IMG/VR virus record: IMGVR_UViG_3300018083_000029
Location: 1-63,733 of that record
DNA: 63,733 bases
Direction: 5' to 3' (one strand)
Source of the DNA: a virus
Taxonomy: Duplodnaviria > Caudoviricetes
Made by a program: the position numbers and the translations under genes. This document shows positions 53,499 through 62,341 of the stretch, piece by piece. A model generated the notes under the pieces. It was not told the origin of the DNA. It did no database searches and was given only the letters and a program-made list of their open reading frames with translations. Positions within the stretch are counted from its first letter, which is position 1. Every line of letters starts with the position of its first letter.

Positions 53499-53755
53499 TG
53501 TCCCCTCGCAAGTCTGTACCCAAGGGAATCGACCCCGCCTATCCAAATGAGAACTTTGTAAAGAGTTCTTTCATCAACAAAGGCCAAACCGACGATTATT
53601 ACGAGTATTTATGGAACTCTCCCGGTAATTATGGTCGTATTCCCGTCTCAGAAAAGGCTAAATCCTCCGGTTATGGTCATTCTATTGGCCAAAGAGCCGG
53701 AAAACTAAGATTATCGGGGACTAAGGGGGCGCATAGGATAGGGAAACGTGGTTAA
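53498..53755 (+). CDS. Small basic protein
   Basis: 85 aa ending GKLRLSGTKGAHRIGKRG; coupled to neighbours. Confidence 0.55.
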   Translation: MSPRKSVPKGIDPAYPNENFVKSSFINKGQTDDYYEYLWNSPGNYGRIPVSEKAKSSGYGHSIGQRAGKLRLSGTKGAHRIGKRG

Positions 53756-54008
53756 TACTCCCTACAGCGCACCTACTTTTGGCGCTCCAGCAGTTGACGG
53801 AATTATGATTAGTCCGTCAAATAGCACTACTTTAAACCCAATTATCCGAGGATTCTATGTAGGGTCAACCGGGGACGTCAAAATTCGCACTCCAGGTGGC
53901 ACAGATATAACATTTGTGAATATCCCTAGTGGGTATTTCATGCCCTGGTGCGCGGATAAAGTTTATTCGACCTCTACCACTGCATCAGGGATAGTAGGAG
54001 CACTATAA
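53748..54008 (+). CDS. Head spike base protein (RcGTA Rcc01079-like)
   Basis: ISPSNSTTL..IRGFYVGSTGDV...GGTDITFVNIPSG..P...KVYSTSTTASGIVG matches the family pattern as recalled. Confidence 0.75.
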   Translation: MVNTPYSAPTFGAPAVDGIMISPSNSTTLNPIIRGFYVGSTGDVKIRTPGGTDITFVNIPSGYFMPWCADKVYSTSTTASGIVGAL

Positions 54009-54009
54009 A

Positions 54010-54180
54010 GTGGGTGGCCTAGCCATAGGCACTGGCCTAACTCTTGTAGAAGTAGCCGTTAGACAACGCCCAGGCGCAGGCGGGCCGCCTGTAGACCCCA
54101 CAGACCTCTTGGATAGGTTCGGAGTACAGATTTACGATAGGTTTGTAGAGAAGATAAAGACCAGAGTACCAGGACCATAA
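54010..54180 (+). CDS. 56-aa putative spike-to-fibre adaptor (not in ORF track)
   Basis: AGGAG RBS, GTG start; MGGLAIGTGLTL...DLLDRFGVQIYDRFVEKIKTRVPGP; fills the gap between neighbours exactly. Confidence 0.6.
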   Translation: MGGLAIGTGLTLVEVAVRQRPGAGGPPVDPTDLLDRFGVQIYDRFVEKIKTRVPGP

Positions 54181-54184
54181 AAGC

Positions 54185-57100
54185 ATGACATTTATCTATA
54201 ATATGGCTGATACGTGGAACGCCATCGGCACCACGTTTAACGCCATTTATATGAACGTGAGTGACGGCGCCGCTGGTCCAGCGGTGGGTGCGGCTGCGTC
54301 TAGAGCTTTTAGACTAGATAATGATGGCACACCTATATTTGAAGTAGACATTAGTGGAGCGTTTGTAGGTCAGAACTTTGCCGCCATAGGGAATTATGCT
54401 AGTTTTACTGAGATTACGTTTTCTCCAGGCGATCCAACGTTTGAAAGTACAACGCCTTTAGCTGATTTTCCAGTTGTATTATTGCTAAATAATCATTTTA
54501 GCGGGGATTTAAGTGGTAAGACTATTGCTGGACTTATGACATCTAATAATGTAAAGCACACAGGGGTAGTTAGTGGTAATAATATTATAGCATCTGATAA
54601 TTTATTTGCTATAGCTAGTGATTCAACAGGGGACTTCAATGAGCTTACAGGGGGAGTGTATGAAGTATATAATTTAGGGTCAGGGAATATAAATACACAA
54701 TTTGGTTTTGTGGGCATAACTGGTAATTATGGAGATAACGGCACAGTAACAAATCAAAAAGGTCTATATTTAATAAATTTAATGATCCCGGAGGCTGGAG
54801 ATACGGCAACAACTACAAATATGTATGGCGTACACATTGATTCTCCTTTTGTAATTCCTGTAGACGGTGTTTTACATAACAACTATGGTCTATATGTATC
54901 AGACCAATCCGGCATAGCCGATACTCTCAACTACAATATCTATAGCGAGGGCGATGGGATAAATTGGTTATCTGGTTGGGTGCAGGCTGGTGGGTTTCTG
55001 CCATCGGATATTTCAGTAGATAATATAGACACAAAGTTTTCAGTATCCAGAGTATTTAATAATAACGTCCCTGCTGTTGATTTGGTAGAAGGAATAACTT
55101 GTTATATCTCAGTCAGTGATACTGCAAATCCTGTAGGTACTCCAATATCTGCGGCAGACATTAGAGTATTTATTCTAGATACAAATACTCAAGATGTATT
55201 TTATGCCAGTGGAACAAGCAACACATTGGTTAATAATTCTGCTAGCGGCACAGTGGAAAATCTTATAGGTTTTAATAATTCCATAGGCAGCGAGTCTGGT
55301 GGTACTACTAATACTATGGTCGGAGTTCAGACCGAATCTGTAGCTGGTGGGGATGGTGTAGTAGATTTAATGAAAGGTTTTAATACCGCAACAGGGTTTG
55401 TGGGTACTGTTGCTGTTACAGACTCTATAGGGTTTAATATAGAATCTCCCGATATAGAAGATACCCCAACAATAACTAACAACTATGGCCTCTATATAGA
55501 AGACCAAGCAGGAGTAGCCGATACTCTCAACTACAATATCTATAGCGAGGGGGATGGGATAAATTGGTTATCTGGTTGGGTGCAGGTGGGAGGGGCTCTG
55601 CCATTTGATGTTACAGGTATTGATGTTCTTCCTAATCTATCTGTGGCAAAAATTTATGTAAATGATACCCCTATAGTTGAGTTAAATGCCGGAGTATCTG
55701 TTAATATTTCGTATAGTGATACTGCCAATGCACTAGAAAATATAGGGGCAATGTTCAACACAGTTAACATTCCAGCTACTCACACACAAAATATTGGATT
55801 TCTGTATGGTACTTCTAATTTTATGAGTGCTGCGCCTACCAGTGGAGATATAGATGAGTATGTAGGATTTAATAATGAAACTGAGTACGTAGGCTCGGGC
55901 ACAGTAGGTGCTATATCCGCAGTTAGAAGTTTTGTAGCTATAGATTCTGGCAGTGTAGGTTTTGCGGCAGGTACAAATAGTGAAATATTTTTTAGCGGCA
56001 CTGCGGCTGTAGTTGACGCGTTTGGAATGGTAATATCTACCCCAGGCGTAGAAGATACCCCAACAATAACTAACAACTATGGCCTCTTTATTGGCGATCA
56101 ATCCGGCATAGCCGATACTCTCAACTATAATATCTATAGCGAGGGGGATGGGATAAATTGGTTATCTGGTTGGGTGCAGGCTGGCGGGCACCTACCGTCG
56201 GAGGTCACAGGAGATAGTATAGATTCAGCTCTGTCTTCTGTAAGGAAGTTTGTTGATAATGCTCCAACAGTAGATACAATTTCAGCAGGATCATTCTACG
56301 TTTCATTAAGTGAAACCACTCACGCCATAGGTAGTATAACCTCGTTGGATACCCGTGTCTATGTACCAACTACAAATACACAAGATATAGAATTTATAAC
56401 AGGAACTGGAAACTTTTTAGATATTCAGCCGGTAAGTGGACTTATTGAGCTTTTGTTTGGTGTCTATCAGGAAGTAAATTATGGTGGTGGTGGTACGCTC
56501 GGTGAGCAAACCGGAATTTTAAGTCTTATAGGGGCGGATGGTGGAACAATAGGAGAAGTTTTTGGTATTCACAGTGCAACAGGAGTCAGTGGTACTACAG
56601 TTGTTGAACGTGTAACAGGTATAAATATAAGTCTTGAGATAGACGATACTCCAACCATTGCTAATACTTGTGGTCTATTTATTGGTGGATATGGTAGCGC
56701 AGGTACTGTTTCTAACTATAACATATTCTCTGAAGGCGATGGAAGCGAGGGGTTTAATCTATTCCAAGCCCAAACGGGGTTTGGTAATTATGGGACTGAT
56801 AAAATAATTACTTACTATCCTGGCGATCCTATTTATGCTGATCCGCAGCCTAATCCCCGAGGATGTATCATAATTAATAACTATTACGAAGTAGACGGTG
56901 CGTTTGAGGACAATATACTTGATTTTGCTGTGTTTACAGGAATAAAACATACAGGTTCAGGCGAACCAGGTTTCTCAAGTATTAGACAAGAACCCACAAT
57001 TAATTCTGACTCCACAGGGACTTTTGACTACATAAGAGGTGGGTATTATAATGTAACTAATTTTGGCCAAGGTAATATAGGCGACGCAGCGGGCTTGTTT

Positions 57101-58114
57101 ATTAGCGTTGGTCAAGTTGGCGCCGGAAGCATGACAAATATGTTTTCAATTGCAGCAGGAAATGCAATTGACGCTACCACAGAAGCAGCTGCGGTTGAGA
57201 ATTTATATGGAATTCGTATAAGTGGCCCTGAATTAATTGGTGTAACAGATATAACCAATAATGTTGGCTTGGAAGTACAAAGCCAAGGTGGCATAGCTAG
57301 TGATAGCAATTATAATATATTATCCTACGGACCGGGGTTTAATCTATTTCAAGACACAGTTGGAGTAGGGAACACTGTAACTGACACTACTAGAACTTTT
57401 GCTCCTGGCGATCCACTGTATGAAGAAGTTTTAGATATTGACCCAGGAACTAGAGGAATAATAATTAATAATTTTTATAATGGTGATTTTAGTGGTGAAT
57501 CTATTAGTGATATTGAAATATTTGCTGGCATTAAACACACAGGGGCCGGGGAATCAGACTATACAGCGCTAGGCATGGAACCAACTATTAATTCTGATTC
57601 TACTGGAGATTTTGATTTTATGAGAGGTGCGCAATACCAGATTACAAATAGTGGTGCAGGGCATATAAACGTTGGCATGGGTATGTTTTGTCGCGCGGCG
57701 AATAGAGGCGCGGGGATTATTGGCGATCTTAGAGGGGTTGTAGCATCGAATGTAATTGATGCCTCTGTAGAAACAGCGGAAGTAGTTACTCAAACAACTC
57801 TACTTGTAGTTGCACCAGAGTTAACTGGAGTTACGACTATAACTGATAACTATGGCCTCTACATAGGAGATCATTCTGGGCAGGCTAGTGGAGATAATTT
57901 TAACATTTGGAGCCAAGGCGCCAGTAGCGAGAATTTATTCGATGGTTTAATACAAACTGGTTCACTTCGTATAGACCAAGCGCCTACAGCCAACATAAGC
58001 GCTGCAACAACCATTACCAGTGGCGCCGATAGCGCTACTAATCTAGGGCACAGAGTAATGATAAATCTCAATGGCGTAGACTATTGGATACCCTGCGGGA
58101 CTACACCTTTCTAG
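54185..58114 (+). CDS. Large acidic repeat fibre protein (1309 aa) with shared N-terminal anchor
   Basis: About six ~200-aa units ending NNYGLY..DQ....NYNI.S.G; C-terminal INLNGVDYWIP motif. Confidence 0.75.
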   Translation: MTFIYNMADTWNAIGTTFNAIYMNVSDGAAGPAVGAAASRAFRLDNDGTPIFEVDISGAFVGQNFAAIGNYASFTEITFSPGDPTFESTTPLADFPVVLLLNNHFSGDLSGKTIAGLMTSNNVKHTGVVSGNNIIASDNLFAIASDSTGDFNELTGGVYEVYNLGSGNINTQFGFVGITGNYGDNGTVTNQKGLYLINLMIPEAGDTATTTNMYGVHIDSPFVIPVDGVLHNNYGLYVSDQSGIADTLNYNIYSEGDGINWLSGWVQAGGFLPSDISVDNIDTKFSVSRVFNNNVPAVDLVEGITCYISVSDTANPVGTPISAADIRVFILDTNTQDVFYASGTSNTLVNNSASGTVENLIGFNNSIGSESGGTTNTMVGVQTESVAGGDGVVDLMKGFNTATGFVGTVAVTDSIGFNIESPDIEDTPTITNNYGLYIEDQAGVADTLNYNIYSEGDGINWLSGWVQVGGALPFDVTGIDVLPNLSVAKIYVNDTPIVELNAGVSVNISYSDTANALENIGAMFNTVNIPATHTQNIGFLYGTSNFMSAAPTSGDIDEYVGFNNETEYVGSGTVGAISAVRSFVAIDSGSVGFAAGTNSEIFFSGTAAVVDAFGMVISTPGVEDTPTITNNYGLFIGDQSGIADTLNYNIYSEGDGINWLSGWVQAGGHLPSEVTGDSIDSALSSVRKFVDNAPTVDTISAGSFYVSLSETTHAIGSITSLDTRVYVPTTNTQDIEFITGTGNFLDIQPVSGLIELLFGVYQEVNYGGGGTLGEQTGILSLIGADGGTIGEVFGIHSATGVSGTTVVERVTGINISLEIDDTPTIANTCGLFIGGYGSAGTVSNYNIFSEGDGSEGFNLFQAQTGFGNYGTDKIITYYPGDPIYADPQPNPRGCIIINNYYEVDGAFEDNILDFAVFTGIKHTGSGEPGFSSIRQEPTINSDSTGTFDYIRGGYYNVTNFGQGNIGDAAGLFISVGQVGAGSMTNMFSIAAGNAIDATTEAAAVENLYGIRISGPELIGVTDITNNVGLEVQSQGGIASDSNYNILSYGPGFNLFQDTVGVGNTVTDTTRTFAPGDPLYEEVLDIDPGTRGIIINNFYNGDFSGESISDIEIFAGIKHTGAGESDYTALGMEPTINSDSTGDFDFMRGAQYQITNSGAGHINVGMGMFCRAANRGAGIIGDLRGVVASNVIDASVETAEVVTQTTLLVVAPELTGVTTITDNYGLYIGDHSGQASGDNFNIWSQGASSENLFDGLIQTGSLRIDQAPTANISAATTITSGADSATNLGHRVMINLNGVDYWIPCGTTPF
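54917..56180 (+). repeat. Three near-identical 70-bp direct repeats within the large fibre gene
   Basis: GCCGATACTCTCAACTA...GGTTGGGTGCAGG at 54917..54986, 55517..55586 and 56111..56180. Confidence 0.85.
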
Positions 58115-58123
58115 GAGGACAAA

Positions 58124-58426
58124 ATGACAGACCACACAGTAACTATCACCGACAAACTTAAACTAGCAGCACTCACAGCCGCCAAAGACGCCTATAATGA
58201 TCGTTTGGTAGCTAATAGGCGTCGCCCTGGTTCGCCAAATGTAAATACCCCCGTAGAAGACTTACCGGGGTATTTAGCCTCAAACGAGGCTTATATACAG
58301 CTGCTCATAGACCGTGAGGTACAAAAGTACCTTGTTCAGTTTGGCTATGACCAGCGAACCATCGACAAGAAACAAGCAGAGTTAGACTCCCTCAAGGCCA
58401 GGATGAGTAAAGCCAATGAAGATTAA
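58124..58426 (+). CDS. Hypothetical protein (possible fibre chaperone)
   Basis: AGGAGG RBS; follows the large fibre gene. Confidence 0.6.
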   Translation: MTDHTVTITDKLKLAALTAAKDAYNDRLVANRRRPGSPNVNTPVEDLPGYLASNEAYIQLLIDREVQKYLVQFGYDQRTIDKKQAELDSLKARMSKANED

Positions 58427-58610
58427 ACTAGAACTCGACCAAGCAGTGTTCGGTAATCTTAGAACTTTGGTGATTGCTGGAGTTAAATCTACACAGACAC
58501 CAGAGAGTGCTATCTTTGCCGGAGCCCAAATTCTCCAGCTATTAGATCAAGCCATGGAGAACTCTAAGAAAACTCCCCCCAAACCCACAATAGTAAAGAA
58601 TGAAGACTAA
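58416..58610 (+). CDS. Hypothetical protein
   Basis: 64 aa overlapping both neighbours. Confidence 0.55.
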   Translation: MKIKLELDQAVFGNLRTLVIAGVKSTQTPESAIFAGAQILQLLDQAMENSKKTPPKPTIVKNED

Positions 58611-60210
58611 AGACCTAGAAGAGATCAAATATAACGTTGTTTGGGAGCCCCAGCCTAAACAATCTTTATTAATCTCTTGCCCTATATTTGAATGTCTGTT
58701 TGGTGGCGCGCGTGGCGGCGGCAAGAGTGATGCTGTGCTCGGTGAATGGGCGTGTCATGCTAATGAATACGCCCAAAATGCTATAGGGCTCTGTGTAAGG
58801 CGCTCTAGAACACAGTTAGTAGAGCTTATAGAGCGCTCTAAAGTGCTCTATTTACCTCTTGGGGCGACTTTTCACGTTATAGAGAATATGTGGAGGTTCC
58901 CCAATGGCGCAAGACTTAGGTTCGCGTATCTTGAAAGCGATAGTGATGCGATGGCCTATCAAGGTCATAGCTATACCCGGGTGTATGTTGAGGAGATGGG
59001 TACGTTTCCGAACGAAGCCCCAATTATGAAGTTATTAGCTACACTTCGCTCTGGCGCAGGTGTACCCTGTAGGTTTATAGCCACAGCTAATCCTGGCGGC
59101 CCAGGACATAGTTGGATCAAACAAAGGTATATAGACCCCGCTCCTATGGGGTTTAAGATACTCCCTACAGAGTTTGAGAATCCGTTCACTAAAGAGAAAA
59201 TCTTCAAACAGAGGATCTTTATACCATCTGGAGTGCAAGATAATAAGTTTACAAACAACGCAGATTACATAGGTAACCTGTACATGGCTGGAAACGAAGA
59301 ATTAGTCCGAGCATGGTTAATGGGTGATTGGAATGTTATGCTCGGCGCATTCTTCCAAGAATGGGATGTTCGAAAACATGTCATTAAATCCTTCGTTCCT
59401 CCGAGGAACTGGACTCGCTTTATGTCTATGGATTGGGGTTCTGCTAGCCCCTTTAGTATTGGATGGTGGTGTGTGGTGCCCGATGAGTTTGACGTCGGAC
59501 TCGAAATCAATTCTAATATGTGGCGTTTGTTCCAAGACCCCACAATGTTCAAAGATGGAAAGCTATTATTACCAAAGAACGCTATTATTAGGTATAGAGA
59601 ATGGTACGGTTCCAGAAGAAATCCTAATAATCCTAAAGAAGGAACAAATCAGGGATTAAAGCTCACTGCTGAAGAAATAGCTGACGGCATAGCTACTAGA
59701 GAACTACAGGAGCCAAGGAATGAGTACGGGAAAGCTAGAATTGCCTACCGCGTTATTGACCCTTCTGCCTTTAAGGAAGACGGTGGACCCAGCTTTGTGG
59801 AAAGAATGGGGAATCACAGAGGGGTATACTTTAACCGAGCGGATAATTCACGCGTATCAAAAAACGGTGCCATGGGCGGCTGGGACCAACTTAGAGCCCG
59901 ACTCAAAGGCGACTCAGAAGAAAGACCTCTAATATACTTCATGGACAACTGCGTTGATGCAATTAGAACTCTACCGGCGTTACAACACAATGAAAACAAG
60001 ATGGAAGATGTTGATAGCACTGGCGAGGATCACGCCCCCGATGAAATTAGATATGCTTGTATGTCTAGGCCCTATCATCGTCCTACACAAGTGGATATAG
60101 TTCGAAAAATCTTTAAGCAGAAAGAAAACACCAGTATGGTGATACATGATGTCCTAGGCGACCTGGGGTCCGAGGAAGACTATGTGAATATCAACAGGGC
60201 GAGGGTATAG
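58600..60210 (+). CDS. terL: Terminase large subunit
   Basis: PQPKQ, Walker A FGGARGGGKS, Walker B VYVEEM, ATANPGGPGHSWIK, nuclease SMDWGSASPF and EDHAPDEIRY. Confidence 0.95.
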   Translation: MKTKDLEEIKYNVVWEPQPKQSLLISCPIFECLFGGARGGGKSDAVLGEWACHANEYAQNAIGLCVRRSRTQLVELIERSKVLYLPLGATFHVIENMWRFPNGARLRFAYLESDSDAMAYQGHSYTRVYVEEMGTFPNEAPIMKLLATLRSGAGVPCRFIATANPGGPGHSWIKQRYIDPAPMGFKILPTEFENPFTKEKIFKQRIFIPSGVQDNKFTNNADYIGNLYMAGNEELVRAWLMGDWNVMLGAFFQEWDVRKHVIKSFVPPRNWTRFMSMDWGSASPFSIGWWCVVPDEFDVGLEINSNMWRLFQDPTMFKDGKLLLPKNAIIRYREWYGSRRNPNNPKEGTNQGLKLTAEEIADGIATRELQEPRNEYGKARIAYRVIDPSAFKEDGGPSFVERMGNHRGVYFNRADNSRVSKNGAMGGWDQLRARLKGDSEERPLIYFMDNCVDAIRTLPALQHNENKMEDVDSTGEDHAPDEIRYACMSRPYHRPTQVDIVRKIFKQKENTSMVIHDVLGDLGSEEDYVNINRARV

Positions 60211-60702
60211 GTGCCGAGTAATATGGATGTTTTAGGTATGTTAGCAGGTTATGTACCACTACCTAAAGAAAAGTGGGATCAGAGATTAGTTGTGCCTCAA
60301 AAAAGACAATATATGCAAATGCCAGAGGGTAAAATTCTTCCTGATTTACACGATGATACACGCGGTAAAGAATATATGCCGGAATATTTTATGCGGGATC
60401 AACATTTTAGGAACCTAGGCGAACACGGGGATGTTAATATAGCCCAAAGATTGCCAACTTTAGGCTTACCGCCGCCTCCAGAGCCCGATCCAGAGTGGCA
60501 CCGTAGAGTAGTGGACCCTAAAGGGCAACAGATGATGAATATGCCCGAAGGCCCTGTTTTACCAGATTTACACGAGAATATGCCGTCCACAAAGCCTGAA
60601 ACACCATGGGAATTGAATAAAAACTTAATGTTAAATAAACGGGGGCTGACTGACATAGACAGTAATATTAACATCTTGAGGATGTTATATGGACCCCGAT
60701 AG
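60211..60702 (+). CDS. Pro/Met-rich hypothetical protein with internal duplication
   Basis: W..R.V.P...Q.M.MPEG..LPDLH occurs twice. Confidence 0.55.
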   Translation: MPSNMDVLGMLAGYVPLPKEKWDQRLVVPQKRQYMQMPEGKILPDLHDDTRGKEYMPEYFMRDQHFRNLGEHGDVNIAQRLPTLGLPPPPEPDPEWHRRVVDPKGQQMMNMPEGPVLPDLHENMPSTKPETPWELNKNLMLNKRGLTDIDSNINILRMLYGPR

Positions 60703-62338
60703 CATCTTAGACTACTTAAAAAATAAACAAATAATGGATCAGGCTAATGCTATTGGCCAGAATCGTATGGGGCTGCCTAAGCCCCAACAGACAGATAGCC
60801 CGTGGAAAGACTTCTTAATAAATTCTATGGGGGCTATAGGTAATTTACCTTTCGCTAAAACAGGTGGCGCATCTAAACCGTATACACCACAGGCTGCACC
60901 GCCTCCACAATTAGGCCCTCCCGCGCCTATACCGGGGCCATCGGGAGTTGCAGGAGGTAAAGACTTTGGTATAATGGACGGTGTTTATTCCAATATTCAT
61001 AATCCTCGTTCGGCTCTAGATATTAAAGTACGTGCGCCGGAAGGCGCTATTAAAGACACTCTAGGCGGCCCAACAGTAAATGCTCGTGGCATAGCCGAGA
61101 ATTTTAATAGACCCACTCCTAAAGTTAATGATGTAATAGACGTTTTAACTAAAGAAGGCTTAGATATAACTAAAGTTCATGATTCTAAAGCTGGTACTTC
61201 ATATGTATCTGCTAAAAGCCCCCGCAATCCAGATGTTGATAAAGTTAGAGTAAGGGTGCCTCTTGATGAGCACGCGGCTGGACGCGTAGGAACGGATCAC
61301 GAAGTCCCCGGTAATTTCTTTGATTTAGGCACCAAGAGAACAAAAGCAGGTAATAAAAATAGCTTATTCAATAGGAATAGGCTAGGTGAGCATTTTGGCG
61401 GTGGCGATCCTGATGTCTTTAGAGATGCTATTAGACATAGATTTACTACGGGGCTAGTATCAGAAGGTAAAGAGCCTAGATACTATAAGTCAAGACAAGA
61501 ATCAGATGGTATTCCACCCAAGCCAGAACATATAGACGATATGATTGATAGGGTTTTGGCTGAAGGCAATCAACCAACAGTCACTAAACCAAAACCAGAA
61601 ACACATCCAGGGTTTGATTGGTCGCCGGGACAAAAACAACCAATTAGTGTTGAGCCTCGTAGGGCAATAGCTGAATCGTCTAAACCAATGATTTATACAA
61701 GTAGAGACCCGTTGCCAATAACAAAACCAAGACCTCCAGCTAATGAAAATCCCGCCCCTAAATCCAATGTAATTGACGCTGAAGGTGATTTCTTTGTCAA
61801 ATCAGCTATGGATAAATTAAAAGCAGCGCTGCCGCCTGACCCGATTGGAGGTCATAAACCCGCACAGAACGCACAGGAAGTAGAGAATTTTCTTAAATTC
61901 TTAAGGGGCGAAGGGCCGCACCTACCAGCAAATAGTCCTACGGTAGAATCTTTTAAGGGGCCTCCCGTAAAAACACCTCTCTCTAAAGTAGAAGCCCACG
62001 ATTTATCATACCACAAAGGCGATGTAGGGCCTCTAACTGAGCATGTACAAAGAGATATGAACGTTTTGCATAAAGATGAATTTCCCAACATGAGAACACC
62101 TGGGGAGGCTATGAGGCCATACACTAAGAGTGATAATGGTCAAGATATTGCTTCATTTGGATGGGGTAAAAAAGCCGCTAATACTGGTGAATATCCAAAA
62201 GATCCATTGATAACTAAGTTAGAACAAACACAGCAGGGCAGATATAGTTTAGCCTTGACTGATCAAAAATTAAAAGCTAAGGGCATAAATCCAGAAGGTA
62301 TGAGTTACATACAAAAGATCTTAAAGTTAAGAGAGTAA
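60689..62338 (+). CDS. Pro/Lys-rich hypothetical protein, probably largely disordered
   Basis: 549-aa ORF between terL and portal. Confidence 0.65.
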   Translation: MDPDSILDYLKNKQIMDQANAIGQNRMGLPKPQQTDSPWKDFLINSMGAIGNLPFAKTGGASKPYTPQAAPPPQLGPPAPIPGPSGVAGGKDFGIMDGVYSNIHNPRSALDIKVRAPEGAIKDTLGGPTVNARGIAENFNRPTPKVNDVIDVLTKEGLDITKVHDSKAGTSYVSAKSPRNPDVDKVRVRVPLDEHAAGRVGTDHEVPGNFFDLGTKRTKAGNKNSLFNRNRLGEHFGGGDPDVFRDAIRHRFTTGLVSEGKEPRYYKSRQESDGIPPKPEHIDDMIDRVLAEGNQPTVTKPKPETHPGFDWSPGQKQPISVEPRRAIAESSKPMIYTSRDPLPITKPRPPANENPAPKSNVIDAEGDFFVKSAMDKLKAALPPDPIGGHKPAQNAQEVENFLKFLRGEGPHLPANSPTVESFKGPPVKTPLSKVEAHDLSYHKGDVGPLTEHVQRDMNVLHKDEFPNMRTPGEAMRPYTKSDNGQDIASFGWGKKAANTGEYPKDPLITKLEQTQQGRYSLALTDQKLKAKGINPEGMSYIQKILKLRE

Positions 62339-62341
62339 TAA

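Noticed and set aside
54917-56180. Diversity-generating retroelement template/variable repeats
   Set aside because: No reverse transcriptase gene, repeats are in-frame module junctions, and differences are not adenine-specific.
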